A stretch of 64,000 bases of DNA, taken from Adineta vaga (lineage: Eukaryota > Animalia > Rotifera). A model generated the notes under the pieces. That model was not told the origin of the DNA. It did not search any database and was given only the letters and a program-made list of their open reading frames with translations. Location: NCBI GenBank assembly GCA_021613535.1, contig CP075493.1:3534001-3598000 (forward strand), read 5' to 3'. Both the position numbers and the translations under genes were made by a program. Of this stretch, positions 27,307-40,154 are shown piece after piece; position 1 is the stretch's first letter; the number at the start of each line of letters is the position of its first letter.

Positions 27307-28542
27307 ATGCCTCGATATATCTTACTGATCTTATTATTTCTGCCAACACTTATTGCAAATAAAAGTAAAAGTTTTCTTTACAATCAATTAACACACATTT
27401 ATCGAATCTAGCCGAATGGACATTCGATAATTGGAAAGCTTGGCCTGGTGTTAATCATTACTGTGGTGGTCATTCGCAATCACCTATTGATGTCCAATAC
27501 GATATTTCACAATATGATGATCGACTTCGACCTTTATATTTAGTTAATCAATATGATAAAGGTAAACGTTTTAAACATATATTTTTTTCTTTTTCATTTG
27601 TCATGGATCCATTTCTAGTTAAAGATAATCCTCAGATTATCAATAATGGATATACAGGTAATTCGATTTAAATAAGAAGATAAATACATTCTCTTATGTG
27701 TAATTCCTAGCTGTTATCAATATTCCACATCATTATGTGTTGAAAAATCTCGCACCTGGTAGTGAAGATTATATTGTAGAGCAAATTCATTTTCATTGGG
27801 GTCATCATAAAGATAATGTTACAGGATCGGAACATTTACTCAATAATGAATCATTTCCATTAGAAGTATTTTATTTTTTATTTTTAAATAGAAATCTTTT
27901 CAAAATTATTTTAATGTAGATGCATTTGGTTACTTATTCAAGTCATTTTGACAATTTTGATGATGCAAGCACAAATACACGTGGATTAGCTGTTGTTGCT
28001 GCTCTTTTTAAAGTAAAATTATATTGATATCGATGATTGTCTAATCGAGATTTACTTTTATTCATTAGGTTAGTGATAAACCAAATGTATTTCTACAACC
28101 AATTCTTGATGCTTTCAAACGTATTCGTTATAAAAATGATCAAGATTATTTAAATAAACATGTCTATTTATTGTCTTTATTTGATAAAGCACGTATGAAA
28201 CGATATTTTCGTTATGATGGATCATTAACAATGCCCAATTGTTACGAATCAATTATATGGAGTGTTTTAGCAGAACCATTTCCTATGACATACGAACAAC
28301 TTCGTGAATTTAAATCGCTACATGATGGGAAAAGAAAACCATTAATAAATACTTATCGACCACCTCAACCATTAGGCACACGGAAAATATTTCGTAGTTT
28401 TCGATTCGAAAATGAACCTGAAACTGGTGATAGCAAGAAAACAAAGGAAGAAGAATCATCCTATTACAATCATGGATCATTTAAATTCATCAATATAAAA
28501 CTAATCATTATCTTATTTCACTTTCTAATAATTATTAAATAG
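27307..28542 (+). CDS. Alpha-carbonic anhydrase, secreted/GPI-anchored (CA4-like)
   Basis: Signal peptide MPRYILLILLFLPTLIA; CGGHSQSPIDV; QIHFHWG; GSEH; FPLEMHLV; GLAVV; YFRYDGSLTMPNCYESIIW; TYRPPQPL; hydrophobic tail. Confidence 0.92.
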
Positions 28543-28922
28543 ACATCTGTCATTCCTCTAGATTTTCCTATACATTTTTAGAATCTTATATCTATATCAA
28601 TTATCGTATTAGAAATAAATAAATAAATTATTCTCGCATATAACTATTTGTTTACATCAATTGATTATCAGGAGAAATCTTCGAATAAATATACAAAGGT
28701 TTCTAACAGTATGTTTTTTTTGTTGCTTTCTTCCAAACTCAACTAGTTGAGCACGTTGTAGCACCGACAAGAAAAACAAGTTTTCTTTTTCCTCTGATTA
28801 TTGAAGAAAAAACCTTCTTTCATTTTTCTTTGCTACCGTCCGTCACCATCACCACCGTCACTAACAAAACAGAACACGCATATACACACACACACATACA
28901 TACATTTACAAATCAAAAGAAA

Positions 28923-31799
28923 ATGGATCGTGATAATGCCAATGCTACTCGTTTACGTGTTAATCGTATTGCATTAAATCAACAACTCGATCCACAAGAA
29001 CTTGTACCAAAATTAGTTCGTGCTCGAATTCTTTCTGTTAATCATGATGTTCAATATATTAATCAAGGAACATCACGAATTGATCGAGCACGACGAATAG
29101 TTGATTGTCTTCTTACACCGATTTCGATTGGTAAAGAAGCCGAACGAGGTGATCGACCAACGAATTGGTATCTTCAATTTCGTGGATTTTTATTAGAAAA
29201 TCCCTCGATATATGGTGATCTTGTAAGTGCCCTGGATAATACAATTGTTCGTCCACCGGAATTTGCTCAACGAGTATCAGAAGCATTTACTGATAAAACA
29301 AATGTTCAACGTTCAAATGAATTCCGTGAAAATGTCAATAAAACTTTACTTCAAACATCGAAACCTAAATGTGATAATGAAGAAAATACAACAACTCCAA
29401 CAGTTAACAATCAAGAGCAAATTACAAAAATTGAATTTGATCGATATGCAATGAATAAAATTTTAATCGAAGGCAATTTTCAAAAAGTTATCGATAATCT
29501 CATCTATAATTCACGAGTAGATAAATTCATTTTTATATGTTAATCATACTTTCAAAGATTCATTCTAGGTTCCTGAACGTTTATTTCAACAATTATCTCT
29601 TTCAAATCATTCTTTCGATCGTGAACAATTAAAAATTGAACATCAAATATTCGATGATATGCGTCGATTAGAATTAATGAATAATTTAATTCAAAAAGAA
29701 AAATCACTTGCTAATCAAACAATATTCGATACACCAATTGTCGATTCTCTATTAGCAAATCCGAATCATTATCATTATTTCTATAAATATTTCATGGCAC
29801 TCTCATCGATCTATAGTATCTATTATGATCGACAATTTTTTCAAGCATTTCTTCAATCATTCGATAAACATGATGTAGACCAGAAACTTCTAGATAAAGG
29901 TTTTCAATTGTATCATTTCCTATATAATTATGGACGATATGAATTATGTCGACAAATTATTGAACGTATTGTGCAAATTCTATCAAAACAAGTCAAACAA
30001 CAATTCGATGTGTGGACTTATCTATTTCGAGCATGTTGTGCACTTGTACAAGTTCATAATCAAAGTTTAGAAATCAAAGATGCTTGGACAAGAATTGAAG
30101 CTGCAAATGAAATTGCAGATAATCTTAAAGCAACTGGCATGGGTAAATAGTTTCTCATGAATTTCATACATTGATTCTTATTATGTTTTTTTAATACTAG
30201 ATATTCATAATAATGATTATGCTTGGTTATATTTTACAGCATCTCAAACAGCTCTTGAAGATGCAAATTTCGATGCTTGTATTCAATTTTGTTATCGGTA
30301 TTTTGTTTAGATATTTGTACTAAATATTGATTGATTGTATCTGATTCTTCCTGAAATTTAGAGGCCTTAAATCTGCTGATAAAGATAATCATTCATTAAT
30401 TGTTGATTTATTGTGTTCGTTGACACAAGGTTTAACATCGAAATGGATTATGAACAAAGCTCAAGCAACAGCTATTATGGCTGTTCAATATGCAGCGTAA
30501 GATGCAATACATAGCTGAAGGAGAATTTAGACAATCTATTCTTCATTTTTAGAAAATATTGTGGTCAAAATAGTCCAAAATATGTCTTTGCACTTCAACA
30601 ACTTGTTCAATTTTCGAATGAATTTATCCAAGATCCAAGTTCCGTTGAATTAGCACAAGTATATACAAACTTATATATATATATATATATCATTTTCTTG
30701 TGTTTTCAGTATGCATTTGATCGTGCTCGAACTGTTTTTGGTTGTGAATCACTAACTGTTGCACATTGTCATCGTGCACTTTCGAAAAGTTTAATAACAT
30801 TGGCATCGGTAACATATTCTCGTCGTTCCGAACATAAGAATAAAACTGATGATCCATCGCATGGAAATTATCTTCATCATGCACATGAAGCTCATCGTAT
30901 TGCTCAAGATTGGTTTGGTGTTGATGATCGTGTACGATTATTTCCATTTAAAATGAGTCTTGCGCATGCATTACAAGCACAAGTCTCTTCTGATGCACAG
31001 GAAAAGAAAGATGGATATTTTCAAGATGCAATGGATTTATTAGATGATTGTTTTCGTATTGCACAAGATTTATTTGGTGGAATGAGTTTTAAAGTTGCAC
31101 AAGTTCATCGACTTCGATCAGCTGTTTATTTAAGTAAAAAAATGTAAATTAATTTTTAATTTTTTCTCTTTTTCGAACTCTTCATATTGAATCAATGATT
31201 TCTTTGTATTTTAGGTATCATGAAGCTGAAGAACAATTGAAAATATGTTTACAAATCTATAAACTTTGTTTACCACCTAAAAGTTTTCATTTTCTTGTTA
31301 CTGAAGCAAGTTTAGGTTTAATCTATAAACAACAAAATAATTATAAACAAGCCTTACCACTTTTTCAAAATATTTCAAGAGCATTAGGTAAAGTTTTTCT
31401 TCATTTTTCATAAAAGAATAATTCATTTGATTAGATACGAGTACTCAATCATTTCGTTGGATAAATATGGTTCTTGAAAGTCTTGTTGAATGTTATACCC
31501 AATTAGAAGAAGACGGAAGTGATCAACACAATGATCCAATTACAAAAGAAAATAGTTCAGCTGAAAAAGTTCGAGCTGAACTATATGAATGGCGTCGTAC
31601 AAGTGTCAAACGTATTGATCTAATGAGTTTAATTCATCAAGAATTAGCACAATCATTACATCAATTTCTTCATGATTCAACTCGATTTCAAGAGACAACT
31701 GATCGTGTTTATGCATTAATGCGTTCACAAAAAAATGCCAAAACTCATCTACCAGCAGCAACAACAACAACACCGGTTAATTCACATCAACAAGCTTGA
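28923..31799 (+). CDS. CARD-like death-fold domain fused to an APPBP2/PAT1-like TPR solenoid
   Basis: N-terminal LRVNRIALNQQLDPQELVPKLVRARILS..YINQGTSRIDRARRIVDCL (CARD pattern). Later GFQLYHFLYNYGRY, LIVDLL, AVQYAAKYCGQNSPKY, ARTVFGCESLTVAHCHRAL, AQDLFGGMSFKVAQ, YHEAEE (APPBP2/kinesin light chain-type TPRs). Confidence 0.7.
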
Positions 31800-32842
31800 A
31801 AATCCCTTTTTTTTTTACTTGAATAAACCATTTTTTCCTCGCTTTCAATTGATATTCTATGTAAAAAAAATGATTCATATCAAATCGAACATAGAAATAA
31901 TACTTCAACAATATCTAAGCCGTCTAATGTAAGATTGAAACATTATTATTCTAACTGAAATGAAAATATACTCGATACACTTTCTATTTAATGTGACACT
32001 TGTTCAAAAAAGACTAGAATTACGTAATTATCATGATATATAGGCATTCATTTTTTCATAGTTTGTTGCATACTTATGATTATAAAATCAGTAGAATAGC
32101 GAAACTTTTCTTTGTACATTTCAAATATAAATCAATAGAACTCGATTTATTTGCCGATGAAAATGAATTCTAAATTCATTGTTAATCACAATGCTAACGG
32201 CATTATATTCCGGATGGTATTTCAATAAGAGAAAGAACAAGTTTCAATCAATCAAAGTATTATTAGTTTTACTTCACACTTTTCATGATTATGTAACAAG
32301 TCGATGACAAGTTGAATGATCAATCATGAATATTTTATAATATTACTTGTGATAGTTGAAAGATTTGTAAGTTATATATGAAAATCAGGATAACACTTCA
32401 AGGCTTATGAATTTTGTCCTTGATAAGGTGACTTATAAACCACTACACGATCGAGATTATCAATTACATTATCGTTTTTTTTTCTCTTCTATTCTCGATA
32501 TGACTACAGATTAATTGATCACTTAATAGAACAATCTCATCAAATAAGATTAGATTCAATGACATATCAATTCAAATGAAATACTATTTCTTTCGATAGT
32601 CTTCATCCATATGATAATTGAAATCTTAAGTTAATCTCTCTCCATAAAAAACAAACAACACATTTCTTTATTCCAAATCGAAGATACTTATATGTATAGA
32701 AAGAAAAGCCAACGAATACAAGAAGAAAACAAAAACGTACAATTCATTTCACTTAAATTGAAAATGTGGAACTATATGAACACATCATTATCATCACAGT
32801 TAAACTGTGCACACATTGCACATAGAAATAAACACTAGATAT

Positions 32843-33858
32843 TCACACTGTATAACGATGAGATTTCTTTTTACGTTGAGATTTTTTCAAACCTGTTGTA
32901 CAACAAAACAAGGTATTAAACCATGAACATGAATGAAGTTTATTCGATAGGATTCGTCGTCCATGACTTAATCCATGACGGTAACGTTCTTCATAAGAAT
33001 TATGAATATCTATTGCTTGTTCAAAAACATTTCGTACATTGAAATTTAACATTGATGAACATTCTAAATAAACTTTCGCTGAACAAACATGAGCAAGATA
33101 TTCTCCTTGAGATTGACTAATTGGTTGTTGATTCTTTTCAGCTAATTGATCCAATGTTGATTGATCATTACGTAAATCAAGTTTAGTACCAACAAGAACG
33201 ATTGGCACTCGAGGAGCATAACCTAAATAAACAAATCGTTCGGAAAAAAAAAGAAGAAGAAATTCAAATTAATAATTACGATTTAGTTCAGGTATCCATT
33301 TACTCAAAATATTTGAGTAACTATCAGGATCAACAACAGAAAAACAAAGAATAAATATATTCGTATTTGGATATGCCATTATACGTAATTGATCATATTC
33401 TTCCTAAAAATCAAACAAAATCAAACAAAACGAATGTTTTTCTTTTTCATTACCTGTCCAGCACTGTCAAATAGATTAAGAATATACTTTCGATTGTTTA
33501 ATGATACTGTTGCTAAAAAAATGATTTCATATTATCATTGAAGTTGATCTTCAGTCTTCTGTTTATCTACCTGCATAATTCTCAAAAATTGTTGGTACAT
33601 AAGGATCTTGTGGATATTCTCCATCTTTATAAACTATACATAATGTTGTCTAAAACAAGACAAACATTTCATCATACATATAGGTTCAATGATATTTTAT
33701 CTTACTTTGCCAGTGTAACCATCACCTGTAAGGATACAATTGAAATGTATAACTAGTTATTATCTTTTATATAACTTACCGACGACAACAACTTTGATTT
33801 CTTCGAACGTTGTTGACGTCATTGTTGGTCTACAGTTGTTCGGATCTAATTTTGGCAT
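32843..33858 (-). CDS. Rho-family small GTPase (Rac/Cdc42-related), atypical C-terminus without CAAX
   Basis: Spliced: IKVVVVGDGYTGKT, YVPTIFENY, LFDSAGQEEYDQLRIMAYPNT, CFSVVDPDSY, KWIPEL, VLVGTKLDLR, YLECSS. Ends FCCTTGLKKSQRKKKSHRYTV*. Confidence 0.9.
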
Positions 33859-35184
33859 GTTCTGTAATAAAGAAAGACGAGAAGAAAGAAATAAGAGTTC
33901 AAACATCTGACAATATTCTCATGATTCTTTCAACATAGAGAGCAAACTAATCGATCATTCATATAAAACAGAAACAAATCTAAGTACAGTCGTTCAATAT
34001 TTGATAATAATTCTTCTTCTTCTTTACTTAGGTACCTTTGCCTGTAAATGTACTGTTAATAAACATTGAAAGCAACTCGATTGCTGTTTTGTGATTATAT
34101 TCAAGTGAATGTGAGATGGTATGGACAACGAGCGGAAAAAAAAACCGCATACACGAACAGTTTTTTTCTTCTCTCTCTCTCTCTGTCACTTCTCACTTTA
34201 CAGATGACCTAAGGAGGAGAAGGAGGAGGAGGAGGAGGCGAGATGAGACGAATGAAACAAAATGATTCATTCAAATAAATACGATCGATTTTTTATTTAT
34301 GAATATATATACATATATATATATATATATATTTGAATATATGGTCAATCAACGAATCGGAATGAAAAAATTAATAGAGGTCGTTTCAACTATTGAACTT
34401 TTAGTTCGAAGAACAAGGCGAAAGGATTGTATCATATATGACTTTATTTGTTCATGATTTGAAAGAATTTTTTCAATGATAATCTTATCAAGAATTGATT
34501 GAACGTTTGTATATATCTATGAGCATTTACTATGCCTACCTCGAAGTATGCAAATGACGACAATGAATAGTATGTTCAAGGTGAAGAATCTTTGTTGATG
34601 TTGGTGATATATACACACACGCTTACGCACTCAACGAAATATACAAAAAAAAGACGAACGGGATAGAAAAATGAGAAGAACCCTTTTTCCTCTTTCCTCT
34701 TCTTCTTCTTCTCTGTCGTTATATTCAAAGAGATGTGCTTTTTCTTTAGGCTTCTGTTCTTTTTTTCTCTCTATCGCTCTCTATTCTTTTGCATTTTTTT
34801 TCAAAGAGGTGTGATTTAATAATTTACATCTAGGATTTCTTTCGTCCAAACGAAATTATCATATCGTTTTCTTATGCATCTCTTTCGTTTCATCAAAACA
34901 AAGCAATCGATCAAATAAAGACATGGTTATAGTATTTCAAATAAAGTAATCAATAGCCATCGTATATCTAAATATCAAGTATAGACAACGAATCAAGATA
35001 GAAGTTCATTTGAGAGAGAAAAAAACAGTCTAATTCGATGTAATCATAAAGATATACATATATATGTCGTCAATGTGAACAACATTAAATCCTAGAAGAA
35101 GTTGTTTTTATTTACACTTCAGTAACAAAACCAGAAAAACACACCAAAATGGAAAGTGTTCAGATTCATATAATACTAATTATC

Positions 35185-35821
35185 TTAATTGGTAATATTA
35201 TGTCCAATTGCATTGATAATTTCGATGAAGAATGGAACAAAACTACAAATAGCAAATACAGGCCAAAATGAAATACTACACCAGCGAGTAAAGACCATAA
35301 ATGAAAGTGAAATGGCACCAGCTGAATGAAGTAAAGTTGCTATGAAAGATAAAAGAATGAGTTTTATTTACTCGATCGATATATTGACTATTGATTGAAA
35401 GAAAAAGAATACATACTAGCAAATGTCACTTTATTTCGAAGTAAACTTGTACCAAGTAAAAATATAATCAATTCAAAGACGAGTAATGCAATTGATAGAG
35501 ACAAAGCAACGATAAATCTGAACGATTCGATATGAACAAGACATGAAACATAGCATCAAACAACTTACTGATCGTCTGTTGCCTTCGAATTATCTGATTT
35601 ACAATAATCAACATATTGTTTCTAAAATGAAATAATCTTATCGAAAATATAGAATAAAATCAAATGTATTCTATTTAAAATCCTCTACTGTTCTAATAGA
35701 TACAGAATGTATTTGATGTTAGAATAAATTCACTTACTCGTTCCATGAAAATCATAATCAATATGGAAAGATGTGCCGTCATGGCTGTAAAACGTGCGAA
35801 AATTCCGTTCGCTGTAAGCAT
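35185..35821 (-). CDS. TMEM107: TMEM107-like transmembrane protein (ciliary transition-zone family), paralog 1; not in the ORF track because exons are short
   Basis: Four exons: MLTANGIFARFTAMTAHLSILIMIFMER / KQYVDYC..DDQ / FIVALSLSIALLVFELIIFLLGTSL / LLHSAGAISLSFMVFTRWCSISFWPVFAICSFVPFFIE, matching the TMEM107 pattern RF...AHL, EL..F..G.S, H....LSF, W..F..CS..P...E. Confidence 0.8.
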
Positions 35822-36231
35822 CGATCTGGAAAACAAATATTATCTGCTAAAATTTGTTTCACAAAATGTGACGAACATATTGACGTAAAAAAAGCTCAAG
35901 AAAGAACCCTTTGTTTATTTGCAGCATTAGAACAAGAGAGAAAAGAAGAAAAAGAAGAAGAAACATCATTGAAATAAAAGCGAATAAAACAAAACAAGAC
36001 ATGGGCAGAGAAAAACATAACATCTAGAGATTCCAACTGTATATCTCTCTATCTCTTGTATATTGACTGCTTGTATCGAAAGCAAATATATTTATTAGGG
36101 ATGAATGTGAACAAGCTAAAAAAAAGAAGCAAAATGAAAAGAAAGGATAGAGATTTCGTTATTAATCAGATTATTTTCTTCGATAGAAAGAGAAAAAAAG
36201 ATGTAGTTATTAAGAAAAAAAACGAAAATAT

Positions 36232-39200
36232 TTAGGGTAAATTTTGATATTGATGAGTATAACCATTTTGTTGCTGTTGTTTGAGAAAACTTAAATCTAC
36301 AAAAAGTATGTCACCATTTGCAGCTATGATCATATTCTGTTTTGTCATCGCCATAGTTGCTGCTTCACTATCTAATTGAAATAATTCACTAACAACATTA
36401 CTATCATCTTGACCAATTTCTAAAACACGCGACCAATGTTTTTGCCATTGACCATTGAAATATTTGCCGGATGTCATCGTATCTAATATATAACATTTTT
36501 CATTATTAATTGCTTGAACTGAACATGGCCATCGAAGCCGTTGCGTTGCTAAGAGATCAGCATCGATTATTTTAATGATATTACCAGAATTAGCATCACA
36601 AATATGTAATGAAAATGTATAAGCAATACCTGAAATTGAGAAAATAACATTAACGATTTGAAATATTATTCTCTCCAATTAGATTTACCTTGATTATAAT
36701 AAGGTTTACATGAATGTTCAATAATCATATATATTTTTTGTCCATAAACAGATATTAATTTTGGTCGTGCTAAACAAACAAACAAATGAAGATGAACGAT
36801 TTCAATCAATTGAACAGAAAAACACTCACCTTCATCATATTGTTCAGAATGATTAAAGATTTTCCATTGTTTAATATATTCTAATTTATCATCAAATTTA
36901 ATCACACATGAATTTCGATAATCACACACATAAACATCTCCACGTATATTGTCAGTATCGATACCTAATGGTAAAAATGTTCCTGTTTCACCTGTTGAAT
37001 CCGTTTCTATAATAATAAGATGAGAAACATTTTCAGACAAATACTATTCAACTTCGTTTGTTTTTATTACCTTTAACACTATCTAATGTTTGTCCAGTAT
37101 TGATATCAATCATACTAACAGTTTCATCATGAGATATATAAGCAATATTTTGTAATTGATGTTTTTTTGACACAGCAATACCTCGAATACTTGGTGTTAA
37201 TGGAATTGTTTTCAATGTATTACCATATTCATCAAGTATATATAATTTATTACATATGCCTAATAGAATTTTCTTGTTATTTTCTGTTATTGCAATTGCT
37301 TCGGGTTCTAATGTTGACAAATGATCGATTTTTAAATATTTGAATGGAGTAATATTTGTCGAAGTTTGTTCTTGTCGAAATGATGATGGTGATGATGATG
37401 AAGGTAATGGTGGCGGAGGCGAATGAAAACGTTGATGAGATTCTTTTTGATTGAAACTGATTTGTCCAATTGTGTCAGCAGCTAAAGTTCGATGTCCTTC
37501 GGAAAATGTTAAAGCACCACGTGGTTCTTTTTGTTGTTCAACTGCATGACGAATATTTCGAATGTTAGTTTCGATTTGTTCAAGATTAGTCCATAATTGT
37601 TGTTTATTAGGACTATTTGCCGTATTTGTGTGTGATTTTAAACGTTCTAAATCGGTTCGAACAGTATTTGTATCTTCAGCTAACGTAGCATAGATTCGTT
37701 GTTTTCGATGATAATGTTCAGTAATATCTTCATCAAGACGTGCAGTAATATTTTTTACTTCATTATGTATAGCTGATTCTTTTCGATTGATTTGTTTTCG
37801 TATATCATCATAATCATGTTCTAAATGTTTCATTTGTTCTTCAATTTCACGTTCTAAACGTTTTTGATCAGATAATAAGAAATCGACACGTGACGAAACA
37901 GCAGTAGGTAATGATGACGATGGAGTAGGAACAAGGTAATGTGAAACATGTTCGATAGATGTTGGTGTGACGCGGTTTGTTGGAGTTGACGCACCAGTAC
38001 CATTTTGTGAATGAACAGAAGGTGATAGAATACCTCCAGAATTAAAACGTTCAGTTGATAAAGGATGGGTCTAAATTTTTTGTAAAAAAATTATAAGATT
38101 AATTGATGAAATTTATTCTATAGAATTAGTACGTAGGAAATAAGAATACTTTACTTTACCTCATTCGGAGTCATATGGCGTTTGTTATCAGCATAACTTG
38201 ATGCACGAGTCGATATTGATGAGATCGATTGACGTTTTACTGTACTATCTCCATCGAAATCGAGTGCATCGATATTTTGTGGTGGAGGTGGAAATCGTTC
38301 TGATGATTTTCTTGATGATGAATTTGCTGAATAAGTGCGCTGAGACACCTTATCGTCTTGCTGTGGAATGATCGGTTTTTGTTGATAGTTCTTTGTAAAT
38401 GGTGGAATTGGTGAATGTTTTGATGTAGATTCTGAATCACTACTTTCAATACTATCAATAAGACTAACTCGAGGACTTTGTTGTCGTGGTTGAATGCTAG
38501 CATAAACTAAGTCTTGTACAAGTGGTTTTTGATGATGATCATCATCGATCTGTGGACGTGAAACAGATGGAGAACGATTATTGAATTGATGATCTAAGAT
38601 AAATCCTTGTGGTAATGAAGATGATGTTTCTTCACGTGATTTCTTTTCAATTGATAGAATAATATTATAAAGATTATCGACACCTGTCTGTCGATCCGAT
38701 GATGAAGCGGAGGACGATGCTGATATGGGTCGTTCGGTTGCTTGAGGAGGACGATGATGATTTTCTGTTGCTGTCTGTAATTCATGAGGGAATGGTGGAG
38801 CTGCTGGTGTTCCTCTAAATTCAGTAAATTTTCAACTCATTATTTTCTTTCTAGAAAAACAATTTACCCATGAACAAGACTATCCCATTTAATTTCCTCA
38901 TATGCTTCTTCGTACGTATGTGGTGGTTGTTTAATTAATGACGATGCAGTTGTTTGTTGTCTTTGTGGACGATTAGCTGCTTGTTCAAAAATCTTCGTCA
39001 ATTCATCATGTTTACCTGTTGATGCTACACTATCATTTCGTTGATGGTTTTGTTGTTCTTTTGATCCTGTTGCTTCATTATAAATTCTTACTAGATTAGA
39101 AACCATCGGTTGAGTACTATTAACACTGGATGAACGGGATGATCGAGCACCATTTCCTGGACTACTATCAAAGGATTTATTATTGAACACACTAACGAGT

Positions 39201-40154
39201 GCAGCTATGTCATGTGAATTTGTACCGTTGATTGATGATGTATCATGATGATTACTATCCGTTGCACTTGATTTACGTTTATCTTGTTTACTTGGCATTT
39301 GTGTGGATGGAGGAAGTGGAGGTTGATATATAACTGGTTTCTTAGGCGTTGGAAGGTTTGGAATAGGACGAGCATTCATACGCCATTCTTGACTTAAGAT
39401 AATATTACGTGGTAAATCGTTTAAATCTGTTTCTTCAAATGGTTCAACCTAGAAAAATATATTCTTCGTTTTTGTCAATGTCGTTGTTAAAAGAACAGAA
39501 ATAAGAGTATGTCGTCTATTCAGGATTCTTTAATTTGAAAACTGATACCTTTCAATAGATGTTTGTTTCAAAAGAAAATTCCAAAGAAAATAAATAACTT
39601 TCCTTTTTTTTCTTCTTTCTCGATCTCTCTTCGTTTACCCATTTGTGTGGGTTGATTTGTTAGTCAAGAAAAGAAAGCTGCAGGGACACAAATAAGTATT
39701 CTTATCTTTGATTTCTTTTTTTGCGTATTTAGTATAAAAAAAACGGAGAAAAATCTTTCGTTAATGTTGTTTTTTCATTCGGAAAGGAGGAAAAAAAATA
39801 ACAAATCAATCTTTTCATCCAACTTACGTGATGTTTGCATTTTGGACAAGTCACTCGTTGATTATTGATCAAGTTCTCACGAATACAATTTAAACAATAT
39901 GTATGAGTACATGGTAATACTCGAGGATCTTTATATTCATGATTGCAAAGTGGACATGCATGTACAGTTTCTTTTTGTATTGGCGGTGGTGCTGCACTAC
40001 GTACAGTAACACCTCGATTGCCACCAACACCAACTTTCGGTGTACTATTTGAACTATTTGAATTGCTTGACGAACGACTTAAAAAAGATGTTGACGTTTG
40101 ACCAATTCCGTTATTTAAACGTGCCGCTGGATGATTGCTTGCTACACGCGACAT
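36232..40154 (-). CDS. TRIM-like RING + coiled-coil + NHL-type beta-propeller protein with a long disordered insert
   Basis: C3HC4 RING CPLC..PRVLPCTHTYCLNC..VTCPKC, LPRN, several hundred residues of Ser/Pro/Gln-rich sequence, coiled coil (LEREIEEQMKHLEHDY), NHL-like repeats (PEAIAI, PLGIDTD..GDVYVCDYRNSCVIKFD, LRWPCSV). Confidence 0.75.

Noticed and set aside
34900-35185. U8 snoRNA downstream of TMEM107 (as in vertebrates) or a spliced-leader RNA gene
   Set aside because: No recognisable U8 5' sequence, box C/D pair or bdelloid leader sequence found by eye here or behind paralog 2; an Infernal/Rfam scan would be needed.
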